Shown piece after piece: positions 1 to 7,959 of a stretch of 59,446 bases of DNA. Source of the DNA: Alphaproteobacteria bacterium (GTDB lineage Bacteria > Pseudomonadota > Alphaproteobacteria > Bin95); the NCBI GenBank assembly GCA_022826185.1, contig JAJDVH010000056.1, positions 1 through 59,446 of the forward strand, written 5' to 3'. A program made the translations under genes and the position numbers. Every line of letters starts with the position of its first letter. The first letter of the stretch is position 1. The notes under the pieces are model-generated. The model made no database searches. It was not told the DNA's origin and saw nothing but the letters and a program-made list of their open reading frames with translations.

Positions 1-789
<789 letters not shown>

Positions 790-838
790 GGCGCGCTGCG
801 GATGCTCCGAATCGGGGTCCGTTACAGAATAGGCCTCC

Positions 839-1549
839 TCAGTCCGCGAAACAATCCGCGAGGCGCAGGCGCGCGGCGGGCAGGGGGCGGTCCACGGCTC
901 CGGCGATATGGCGCGCGAGGAAATGGCCCGTCAGCGCGAGGCCGTCGCGAATGTCCGAAGGCGCGAACTCCGGCGCGCCGGAGAGGAACCCCGGCAGGGC
1001 CAGCAGCCGCTCCCGCCACGGCTCGCCCGCCTCGCGCGTGACGGCCCTGCCGGACCGCGGCGACACCCAGGCCAGCCCCGCGCGGGCGCCGGTGACTGCG
1101 CAGCGCTCCAGGTCGAGGCCGAAGCCGAGCTCGGCCAGCAGCGCCACCTCGTAGCCCACATAGGCCGCCGGCCAGGCTTCGCCCGCCAGCGTCTCCAGAA
1201 AGGCGGCGAGCCCGGAGAACGCGGCCGGGTGCGGCTCGCGCTCCGGCAGGCCCATTTCCGCCACCGCGCAGGCGCTCTGGAGCGCCGCCAGCCGCGCCGG
1301 GTCGTCCAGCCAGAGCGCGGCATGGGCCGTCTCCGCCTCGCAGGAAAACGTGCCGAGCTGGTCGCTGAGCCGCGCCCGCCAGCGCACCGTCGCCAGCGTT
1401 CCCGGCTGGAGCGCCTCGGCGTGGCGGCGCGCGCCCTGCACCAGCCCGGCATGGCGTCCATGCGCCTCGGTCAACGCCTGCGCGACGGCCTTGCCCTCCC
1501 CGAAGGGACGGGCCGAGAGCATGACGGCGCGGTCGGTCCAGTCGATCAT
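839..1549 (-). CDS. recO: DNA repair protein RecO
   Basis: 236-aa ORF with the length and sequence character of RecO ([18 protein letters not shown]...). It lies immediately upstream of parC and near era/rnc, as in other alphaproteobacteria. Confidence 0.85.
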   Translation of the reverse strand: MIDWTDRAVMLSARPFGEGKAVAQALTEAHGRHAGLVQGARRHAEALQPGTLATVRWRARLSDQLGTFSCEAETAHAALWLDDPARLAALQSACAVAEMGLPEREPHPAAFSGLAAFLETLAGEAWPAAYVGYEVALLAELGFGLDLERCAVTGARAGLAWVSPRSGRAVTREAGEPWRERLLALPGFLSGAPEFAPSDIRDGLALTGHFLARHIAGAVDRPLPAARLRLADCFAD

Positions 1550-1634
1550 CGCCGGGCGTCATACCACCGTTCGCCCCCCGGCGCCCCTGCGCCCGCAGCC
1601 GCGCTCCGCCGGCGGCGGCGAGACCCTGCGGAAA

Positions 1635-1660
1635 TGTCATGATCTGTCATGTTCCGTCAT
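1635..1660. promoter_or_regulatory. Array A1: three 10-bp-phased (T/C)GTCAT(G) direct repeats
   Basis: aTGTCATGatcTGTCATGttcCGTCATGg, with repeat starts at 1635, 1645 and 1655. It lies about 90-110 bp upstream of the recO start on the opposite strand. Confidence 0.45.
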
Positions 1661-1833
1661 GGGGCCGGTCTCCGCCCAGGCCGTTCGCAAGGCATTGCAG
1701 CCTCCTTGCCGGTCTGCGGTCCCGGACGTCCCGCCGCCGGAGGAGCGCTCCTCTCGCGCGCATAATGCGCGCCCGGCTGCGCGCGCGCTCGCCCGCCCGC
1801 GCGATAGCGGCGGGGCCGTCCCCTCCCCGTGGA

Positions 1834-1889
1834 TGTCATGTTTCGTCATGAGGAGGCCGTGCGATGTCATGGAATGTCATGTTCGCCAT
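1834..1889. promoter_or_regulatory. Array A2: five phased (T/C)G(T/C)CAT(G) direct repeats
   Basis: TGTCATG (1834), CGTCATG (1844), TGTCATG (1865), TGTCATG (1875) and CGCCATG (1884). The core and helical phasing match arrays A1 and B. Confidence 0.45.
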
Positions 1890-2026
1890 GCGCCGGAAGC
1901 ATGTTCTGCGGTCGATCCGGGCATAAGGCCCCCGTTCCGGACACGTCCCCTGGGTATGTCCTCCGCTTCACCTGGCCTTGCGTCTTCGGCATAAGTCTCT
2001 CCTTTCGAACCCTGTTCGTTCCGTTC

Positions 2027-2331
2027 TCCCCGCCGCCGGTTCCTCCCTGCGGCGGGACCCTGTTTCGCGCGTATCCTGCGCCCGCCTGCGCCCGGGCGCA
2101 GGCGCGCGTTTCGCGGCGGCGCGGTTCGTGCGCCTGATTGCGCCTGCGCGCCCGCGCGAGCGCGAAGGCCCGGGCATCGGGCACACCTGTCCCGTCACCT
2201 TCCCAGGGGCCTTTTCGCGCCGGCGCGAACGGATGCGGCCTCCGGATACCGCCTCCTCCCGGCCTATATAGGCAAGGCGTTCCCTTGGTCAATGCCAAAC
2301 AAGGAATTTTTACAAAATTAAGGAACAAATC
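2027..2331. repeat. Copy A of a ~300-bp conserved non-coding element (candidate sRNA or long leader)
   Basis: Collinear blocks are shared with 28734-29052. ggaccctgt is at 2055 and 28798. ggcgcggttcgYgcgcctgattgc is at 2118-2141 and 28847-28870 (23/24 identical). ttttcgcgccggcgcgaa is at 2212-2229 and 28926-28943 (18/18). cggaYaccgcYtcctcc is at 2243 and 28962. An A/T-rich tail ggaattNtt..aat.aag.aacaaa follows in both. No credible ORF is conserved between the copies. Confidence 0.6.
2265..2292 (-). promoter_or_regulatory. Sigma70-type promoter candidate reading leftwards into element A
   Basis: The minus strand reads TTGACC (2292-2287), a 16-nt spacer, TATATA (2270-2265), then ggccggg and AGGAGG. 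An A/T-rich stretch lies upstream. The homologous position in copy B also carries a near-consensus promoter. Confidence 0.45.
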
Positions 2332-2448
2332 TGTCCATCCGATTTCGCGGCATCGCGAACGGGCTGCACCGGCGCGCGTCACGGGCTGTGGAACAGGGGC
2401 TGGCGGAGGTGAGGGGCAAGCTCACCTTCGTCAGAAATTACATCCTAC

Positions 2449-2490
2449 GCCGCTACTCGGCCGGCGGCGAAGCGCCGGCCGAGTAGCGGC
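2449..2490. repeat. Perfect 18-bp-stem inverted repeat (hairpin) at the islet boundary
   Basis: gccgctactcggccggcg (2449-2466), a gcgaag loop, then cgccggccgagtagcggc (2473-2490). The arms are exact reverse complements. No T-tract follows on either strand. Confidence 0.7.
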
Positions 2491-2590
2491 TGGTTCGACT
2501 GCCCCGATCCTGTCTTTCCGGGTAAACGCCGTCTTCCGCGCCTCGTCGCTGCGGCATCGCCCAATCGCCGGAAGCACGCCATTGGGATAT

Positions 2591-2612
2591 CCCGCCGCAG
2601 AGTGTCGGCGGG
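2591..2612 (-). terminator. Possible terminator hairpin downstream of the 69-aa gene
   Basis: The 7-bp stem cccgccg / cggcggg (2591-2597 and 2606-2612) lies 8 nt after the stop at 2620. The downstream U-tract is weak. Confidence 0.3.
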
Positions 2613-2619
2613 CGCCGGG

Positions 2620-2829
2620 TCAGTAAAAGGTCCCTAGCGGGATCGTGGCGATGTAGGCTTTCAGCGGTTCCCGGCTATGCTTCGCGATGCACTGGCACAG
2701 CATCGGGATCTGATCCTCGCCGATCCCAAAGCCCCATGGCATCGACTCGCCAAAGATCGCCTCCCACTCGCCTCCGAGGATAGCGAGTTCGTCGGGATCG
2801 TCGCGCAGACCGTCTTCGCCGTCTGCCAT
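2620..2829 (-). CDS. Hypothetical small acidic protein (69 aa)
   Basis: An AGGA Shine-Dalgarno sequence lies 4 nt upstream of the ATG, and the gene starts 7 nt after the stop of the upstream gene, so the arrangement is operonic. I recognise no family. Confidence 0.55.
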   Translation of the reverse strand: MADGEDGLRDDPDELAILGGEWEAIFGESMPWGFGIGEDQIPMLCQCIAKHSREPLKAYIATIPLGTFY

Positions 2830-2836
2830 CGTTCCT

Positions 2837-3031
2837 TCACTTCTTGCCGGAGGTTCCTTGGTTCGGCGGATTTGATGGCGCCTTGGCGGGAGCGCCCTGG
2901 CTGGCCGTGGGCTGGTGCCCGTCCTGCGGTCGCGGCCTGTAGCCGAATGTAACGTCTACAGGCTGGTATCCCCGATTTTGGATTGGTGGCGGTGGCTTCA
3001 CCGGCTTGTCAGACTTGCTCATCGGCATCAT
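2837..3031 (-). CDS. Hypothetical small proline-rich basic protein (64 aa)
   Basis: MMPMSKSDKPVKPPPPIQNRGYQP... The start overlaps the end of the upstream membrane-protein gene, which suggests translational coupling. I recognise no family. Confidence 0.45.
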   Translation of the reverse strand: MMPMSKSDKPVKPPPPIQNRGYQPVDVTFGYRPRPQDGHQPTASQGAPAKAPSNPPNQGTSGKK

Positions 3032-3644
3032 CCTCTGGAGTGTAAGGCCAGAATTCTATCGTCTTGACCTCACCCGGCGCGATGAGAACCCCCTTCGGAC
3101 CGGGCGAGGACCAGCTACCCGTATTATCTATATCGTAAATTTGCTCAATGTAAATGTCACGATTGGTCGGATCAGACGATATGAAGGAGCTCTGCCCGCA
3201 GAAACCGACGAATCGGGTATCATCCTTAAGGGTAACCAAGACCCATTGTTCGGTCATATTCCCGAATTTCCAATCCCATGCTGTTGTGATCGGATGGACA
3301 AGATTGAGGCCGCAACGCTGGAGAAAGCGGTGCAACAAGTTCTTCCTAATATTAATTCCGAGTAAGAGACCGATAAGTGCAGGTCCAATGAAAATCAAGA
3401 TAGACCAGATCACTTCTCTACCATATTCTCGTTCACTCAAACGCTGGATCGGGTCCAGAAGAAGAAACGACAGAGCGTAATAGACAAGGGAAACCGCGAG
3501 ATAGCTCAGAAGCATCGCCGAATGCGATGGCATTCGGCCGGTTACAAATTGAGAACGGACAAATAGGATAATGAGGCCCGGCACAAGGAGGCCCATGGCC
3601 GCATAAAGATTGTTAATGTTGTCGATGGATTTCAGTTGTTCCAA
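3009..3644 (-). CDS. Membrane protein with three N-terminal TM helices and a soluble C-terminal domain (resembles DUF6338, from memory)
   Basis: 211-aa ORF with a TTG start. Hydrophobic segments are LYAAMGLLVPGLIILFV, AMLLSYLAVSLVYYALSFLLL and VIWSILIFIGPALIGLLLGINI. G+C content and codon usage are clearly lower here than in the flanking genes. Confidence 0.7.
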   Translation of the reverse strand: MEQLKSIDNINNLYAAMGLLVPGLIILFVRSQFVTGRMPSHSAMLLSYLAVSLVYYALSFLLLDPIQRLSEREYGREVIWSILIFIGPALIGLLLGINIRKNLLHRFLQRCGLNLVHPITTAWDWKFGNMTEQWVLVTLKDDTRFVGFCGQSSFISSDPTNRDIYIEQIYDIDNTGSWSSPGPKGVLIAPGEVKTIEFWPYTPEDDADEQV

Positions 3645-3678
3645 AGTTCCGCAGTTCCTTCATAGGCGCTGAAACCGT

Positions 3679-4040
3679 TTACTTCCCTGCTTGAAGCATA
3701 GCCCGGCGATTGAACGCCAGCAATTCCCTCAGCGCCTCCGCCTCGCCGATTTCCGCGTTCCAGCCATAGGCCGTAGCCATGGGCATCCAGCGCCGCATAG
3801 GTGTCGGCGAGCCATTGGGGGCGGGCGTTATAGAGGTTCGTCAGGGTTCGCTTGCGGAGTTCCGTCGCGGCTTTCTCGTTGCGGGCGGCGGGCAGGTTTC
3901 TCCCGCCATTCGACCCATTCGGGCGGGTTGAGGCCAGCGGTTGTGCAGTTCGGCGAGGCGGCGGACGGCCTCGGCGATGACGGCCGCCTGCGCGGGCCGC
4001 GTTTCACCGTCGCTGGAGAACCGCCGGGTCCGGCGGGTCG
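3679..4040 (-). pseudogene. Frameshifted C-terminal remnant of a large SAM-dependent DNA methyltransferase (MmeI/type IIG or PglX-like tail)
   Basis: The minus-strand translation needs at least 3 frames: AAVIAEAVRRLAELHNRW / LNPPEWVEWREKPARR / EKAATELRKRTLTNLYNARPQWLADTYAALDA / MATAYGWNAEIGEAEALRELLAFNRRAMLQAGK*. The TLTNLYNxRPxWL...AYGW tail is characteristic of that family. Only about the last 115 codons are present. Confidence 0.65.
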
Positions 4041-4044
4041 CGCC

Positions 4045-4326
4045 CTACCCCGAAGCGAGGGCGTCGAATGTCTCCACATCGACGGCGGGGGAGGTCAGGA
4101 AGCCGACCCCGGTCAGGCGCGTCAGTTTCAGCGAGACCTGCATCGCGGTCTCGACATCCGGCAAGTCAACGATGAGGATGAGGTCGAAGGCCCCGAGCAG
4201 CGCGTATATGCCGACCACCTCGCCGCCGCTCTCGCGGACCACCTCCGCCGCCCGGTCGGTGCGCGATGCGCTGATCCCGTCCATCGACCCCTGCGTGTAT
4301 TTTCCGAGCATGACGAACCTGGCCAT
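4045..4326 (-). CDS. GYD domain-containing protein
   Basis: 93 aa: MARFVMLGKYTQGSMDGISASRTDRAAEVV...GAFDLILIVDLPDVETA matches the GYD family pattern. Confidence 0.75.
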   Translation of the reverse strand: MARFVMLGKYTQGSMDGISASRTDRAAEVVRESGGEVVGIYALLGAFDLILIVDLPDVETAMQVSLKLTRLTGVGFLTSPAVDVETFDALASG

Positions 4327-4458
4327 GATGTCCCCTCCGGTGCGGTTTCAGGATTCCTCGAGCCGCGCCCGATACGGACGGGCAAGCGGTCGGGGATTAT
4401 ATACGAAAGTCACGAACGGCTCCTGCCGCCGGCCGCGGAATCATCCCCGCGCCCCGGT

Positions 4459-5355
4459 TCAGACATTGTAGTCGAGGCCGAGGTCGCGGAAGCGCTCCGG
4501 GTCGTCGGGCCAGCCCTCGCGCACCCTCACCGTCAGGAACAGGTGGACCGGCCGGTCGAGCGCTTCGGCCAGCTCCGCCTGCGCGGCCTCGCGGATGGCC
4601 TTGATGCGCGCGCCGCCCTTGCCGAGCACGATCGCGCGCTGGCTCGTCCGGCGCACATAGACCGTCTGGTCGATGCGCACGCCGCCATTGTCGAACTCCT
4701 GCCAGTCCGCCGTTTCGGTCGCGATGTCGTAGGGAATCTCGTCATGCAGGCGCAGGAACAGCTTCTCGCGCGTGATCTCGGCGGCGAGGAAGCGCAGCGG
4801 CACGTCGGAGAGGTCGTCCTCGGGATAGAGCCAGGGACCCTCCGGCAGGCGCCCCGCAAGATGCTCGAACAGGTCGTCCACGCCGTCGCCGGTCAGCGCC
4901 GAGACCATGAAGACATCGCTGAAGCAGCCCGTTGCGTAGAGCCGGTCGGCGCGCGCCAGCAGCCGTTCGCGCGCGATCAGGTCGATCTTGTTGAGCGCCA
5001 GCACCGCCTGTCCGCCGCCCGCCTTGAGGCCCGCGACGATATCCGCCTCGCGGGCGCCCGGCCGGCGCGCGGCATCGACGAGCAGCACGGTGATGTCGGC
5101 ATCGCCCGCAGCGCGCCAGGCGCGGCGCACCATCGCGCGCTCCAGCCGCCGCTGCGGCTCGAATATGCCGGGCGTGTCCACGAAGATGACCTGGGATGCG
5201 CCCTTGATGCGGATGCCGAGCACGCGCGAGCGCGTGGTCTGCGCCTTGGGGGTGACGATGGAGACCTTGGCGCCGACCAGCCGGTTGAGCAGGGTGGACT
5301 TGCCGGCATTGGGCGCGCCCAGCAGGGCGACGAAGCCGGCCCGGCGCGCGGTCAT
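4459..5355 (-). CDS. era: GTPase Era
   Basis: G1 motif GAPNAGKST, DTPG, NKID and a C-terminal KH domain. I placed the start at the ATG at 5355, which forms an ATGA overlap with the rnc stop. The longer track ORF is an upstream extension. Confidence 0.95.
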   Translation of the reverse strand: MTARRAGFVALLGAPNAGKSTLLNRLVGAKVSIVTPKAQTTRSRVLGIRIKGASQVIFVDTPGIFEPQRRLERAMVRRAWRAAGDADITVLLVDAARRPGAREADIVAGLKAGGGQAVLALNKIDLIARERLLARADRLYATGCFSDVFMVSALTGDGVDDLFEHLAGRLPEGPWLYPEDDLSDVPLRFLAAEITREKLFLRLHDEIPYDIATETADWQEFDNGGVRIDQTVYVRRTSQRAIVLGKGGARIKAIREAAQAELAEALDRPVHLFLTVRVREGWPDDPERFRDLGLDYNV

Positions 5356-6008
5356 TCGAGCTTTTCGAGCAGGGCGGCGGCCGCGGCCGCGGCGGCGGCG
5401 CGCTTGGAGCCGCCGGACCCCTTGGCCCGTTCGCCGCTGGACAGCGCGGCCTCGACCTCGAATTCGGGGCGGTGCGCGGGGCCGCGGCGCGCGCGGACGG
5501 TATAGACCGGCTGGCCGAGCGCGCGGGCGTGGCTCCATTCCTGCAGGCGGCTGCGGGCGTCGCGCTCCACCTCCGCATGGCGCTCGACCAGCGCCCGCCA
5601 GTGGCGGCGCACGAACTGCCGCGCGGCGTCGAGCCCGCCGTCGAGGTAGAGCGCCGCGATGACCGCCTCGCAGGCGTCCGCCGCCGGCTTCTCCGCCATG
5701 CGCCTGTCGCGGGCCTTCGGGTCCCGCATGAGAGCCGCGTCGAGGCCCGTTTCCCTTGCGACCTCGATCAGCGTCTCCTCGCTCACCAGCACGGACATGC
5801 GCAGGCCGACCCCGCCTTCGTCCACTTCGGGGAAGCGCTCCAGCAGCATCTCGGCCACGACAAGGCCCAGCACGCGGTCGCCGAGGAACTCCAGCCGCTG
5901 GAACGCGCCGTCCCCGCGCCCCGGCGCGCTCGGATGGGTCAGCGCCTGCCGGAGCAGGCCGGGGTCGGCGAACTCATGGCCGAGCGCGGCGCGAAACCGG
6001 GCGTTCAC
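5352..6008 (-). CDS. rnc: Ribonuclease III
   Basis: RNase III signature ERLEFLGDRVLGLVVAE plus a C-terminal dsRBD. The GTG start at 6008 forms a GTGA overlap with the lepB stop. The 645-aa track ORF is a chimeric read-through. Confidence 0.9.
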   Translation of the reverse strand: MNARFRAALGHEFADPGLLRQALTHPSAPGRGDGAFQRLEFLGDRVLGLVVAEMLLERFPEVDEGGVGLRMSVLVSEETLIEVARETGLDAALMRDPKARDRRMAEKPAADACEAVIAALYLDGGLDAARQFVRRHWRALVERHAEVERDARSRLQEWSHARALGQPVYTVRARRGPAHRPEFEVEAALSSGERAKGSGGSKRAAAAAAAAALLEKLE

Positions 6009-6730
6009 GGTCCTATCGCGTCGAAAAGGCGCTCCCAGCGAACCCCGGACGGATATCTCCAGAGCTCCCAGAAGCTGGTGTCGTGGTCGAGGGAAAAGAA
6101 CAGGATTTCCGCCCGCCCGACGAAATTCTCCGTCGGGATGTAGCCCACATGGTTGAGGAAGCGGCTGTCGGTGGAGTTGTCCCGATTGTCGCCCATGGCG
6201 AAATAGTGGTCCTCCGGCACCTCGAACACCGGCGTGTTGTCGGCGGGGCCGGAATCGCTTTCCTCCAGGATCTCGTAGGAGCGGCCGTTCGGCAGGGTCT
6301 CCCGGTAACGGATGGCCCGCTTCACGATCCCGTATTTGTCGCGGTAGTTCGTCGGCCCGATGCGTCCGCGCGCCACCGGCGTCCCATTGATGAACAGACG
6401 GCCGCTGCGCATCTGGACGGTGTCGCCCGGCAAGCCGACGACGCGCTTCACGAAATCGATCTTCGGCGCGACCGGATTCTTGAACACCGCCACATCGCCG
6501 CGCTCGGGCCCCTCCCCGAACAGGCGCCCCGGCCCCGGAACCAGCGGCAGGCCGAACGGCAGCGAATAGCGGCTGTAACCGTAGGAATATTTGGAGACGA
6601 ACAGGAAATCCCCGACCAGCAGGGTCTGCAGCATCGAGCCGGAGGGGATCGTGAAGGGCTCGAAGAGGAAACTGCGGATGCCAAGGGCGATCAGGCCGGC
6701 ATAGACGATGGTCTTGACGGTTTCTTTCAC
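6005..6730 (-). CDS. lepB: Signal peptidase I
   Basis: IPSGSM catalytic serine box, GDNRDNSTDSR box and an N-terminal TM segment. Confidence 0.95.
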   Translation of the reverse strand: MKETVKTIVYAGLIALGIRSFLFEPFTIPSGSMLQTLLVGDFLFVSKYSYGYSRYSLPFGLPLVPGPGRLFGEGPERGDVAVFKNPVAPKIDFVKRVVGLPGDTVQMRSGRLFINGTPVARGRIGPTNYRDKYGIVKRAIRYRETLPNGRSYEILEESDSGPADNTPVFEVPEDHYFAMGDNRDNSTDSRFLNHVGYIPTENFVGRAEILFFSLDHDTSFWELWRYPSGVRWERLFDAIGP

Positions 6731-6814
6731 GGGTGCTGCGACCTGGATGAGGAAATGCCGGATTCCCGCCGGCGCGGATGCGGCCCGGATAGAACGCCGC
6801 CGGGCGGCCGGCTG

Positions 6815-7234
6815 TCAAGCGCCGCCATTCGCCGCATTCGCCGGCAGCGCGGTGATGATGACCAGAGCGTGGGCCAATGGCGGCTCGTCGGTGATGGTGA
6901 GGTCGATGCGCGCGCGGGTGCCCGGCGGCAAAAGGCTTGCAAGCCGCCTGGCCGCGCCGCCGGTCAGCTGCAATGTCGGGCGTCCGCCCGGCAGGTTGAC
7001 CACGCCCATGTCGCGCCAGTAGACGCCCTGGCGCAGCCCCGTGCCGAGCGCCTTGGAGCAGGCCTCCTTGGCCGCGAAGCGCCGGGCGTAGCTGGCCGCG
7101 CGCAGATGCCGGCGGTCCGAGCGCCGCCGTTCGGCCTCGGTGAAGACGCGGCGCGTGAAACGCTCGCCGAAGCGCTCCAGCGTGCGTTCGATCCGGGTAA
7201 TGTCGATCAGGTCGCTGCCGAGCCCGACGATCAT
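6815..7234 (-). CDS. acpS: Holo-[acyl-carrier-protein] synthase
   Basis: [16 protein letters not shown]...[14 protein letters not shown] is the typical AcpS pattern. There is an ATGA overlap with the pdxJ stop. Confidence 0.9.
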   Translation of the reverse strand: MIVGLGSDLIDITRIERTLERFGERFTRRVFTEAERRRSDRRHLRAASYARRFAAKEACSKALGTGLRQGVYWRDMGVVNLPGGRPTLQLTGGAARRLASLLPPGTRARIDLTITDEPPLAHALVIITALPANAANGGA

Positions 7235-7959
7235 CGCGCGCGGTCCATCGCCGCCCGCATCCGCCGGACCGCCTCCGCCAGGCCGACAAAGATGGCCTCG
7301 CCGACGAGGAAATGGCCGATATTCAGCTCGGCCACCGTCTCGATGGCCGCGACAGGCCCGACATTGTCATAGGTCAGCCCGTGTCCGGCGTGGCATTCGA
7401 GGCCGAGTTCCGCCGCGAGTTCCGCCGCCGAGCGGATGCGGTCGAGCTCGGCCTCCTGCTCCCGCCCCGCCAGTTCGCAATAGCGCCCGGTGTGCAACTC
7501 CACCACAGGCGCGCCCAGCGCCACCGCGGCGCGAAGCTGTCCGGGGTCCGGCTCGATGAACAGCGAGACCCGGATGCCCGCCGCCGCCAGCGCCTCCACT
7601 CTCCTGCCCAGCGCGCTGCCGAGGCCGGCCGCGTCGAGGCCGCCCTCGGTGGTGAGTTCCTCGCGCTTCTCCGGCACGAGGCAGGCGGCGTGCGGCAGGA
7701 CGGCGGAGGCGATCTCCACCATCGCGTCGGTCGGCGCCATCTCGAAATTGAGCGGCGCCGGCAGCCGTTCCTTGAGCCGGCGCATGTCCTCGTCGCGGAT
7801 ATGGCGGCGGTCCTCGCGCAGATGCGCGGTGATCCCGTCCGCGCCGGCCTCGCAGGCCAGCAGGGCCGCCCGCACGGGGTCCGGATACGCCACCCCGCGC
7901 GCATTGCGGACGGTTGCGACATGGTCGATGTTCACCCCGAGCCTCGGTCGGTTTGTCAT
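7231..7959 (-). CDS. pdxJ: Pyridoxine 5'-phosphate synthase
   Basis: [16 protein letters not shown]...HLREDRRHI...ECHAGHGL motifs. The start is the ATG at 7959, with an ATGA overlap to the upstream gene. Confidence 0.95.
   Translation of the reverse strand: MTNRPRLGVNIDHVATVRNARGVAYPDPVRAALLACEAGADGITAHLREDRRHIRDEDMRRLKERLPAPLNFEMAPTDAMVEIASAVLPHAACLVPEKREELTTEGGLDAAGLGSALGRRVEALAAAGIRVSLFIEPDPGQLRAAVALGAPVVELHTGRYCELAGREQEAELDRIRSAAELAAELGLECHAGHGLTYDNVGPVAAIETVAELNIGHFLVGEAIFVGLAEAVRRMRAAMDRAR

Noticed and set aside
1635-1889. Considered whether the short phased repeats could be a CRISPR array, iterons of a replication origin, or canonical Pho boxes.
   Set aside because: The units are 10 bp with no unique spacers, so this is not a CRISPR array. 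No rep gene or DnaA-box cluster is nearby, so it is not an origin. The period is 10 bp rather than the 11 bp of canonical PhoB sites, so I report it only as Pho-box-like or OmpR-family-type.
1867-1992. 41-codon minus-strand ORF (MPKTQGQVKRR...) with a good AAGGAG ribosome-binding site between element A and array A2.
   Set aside because: Third-position G/C is only about two thirds, well below the genuine genes here. There is no counterpart in copy B, so the evidence for a coding call is insufficient.
2303-2331. GAAC/GTTC-containing A/T-rich tails of the conserved elements, checked as alphaproteobacterial LexA (GTTC-N7-GTTC) or CtrA (TTAA-N7-TTAA) boxes. A third AAGGAACAAATC occurrence lies at about 20127-20138.
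   Set aside because: No properly spaced second half-site exists in any copy. The third occurrence lies inside the likely 5' region of the radical SAM gene and is probably chance similarity of low-complexity sequence.
2491-2512. ggttcgactgcc resembles a tRNA T-arm (GGTTCGAnTCC), raising the possibility of a tRNA or tmRNA fragment as the islet integration site.
   Set aside because: I could not build an acceptor stem, an anticodon arm or a complementary T-stem around it. It is probably a chance match.
3691-5505. 604-aa plus-strand ORF spanning the methyltransferase stump, the GYD gene and era.
   Set aside because: It runs antisense to era, which has clear GTPase motifs, and to the GYD gene. 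It has no recognisable domains and is a high-GC artefact. The same reasoning applies to 8537-11161(+), 20213-22003(+), 23027-24859(+), 30170-32221(+), 35138-37270(+, the upstream part), 39659-41794(-), 57674-59065(-) and many others in the track.
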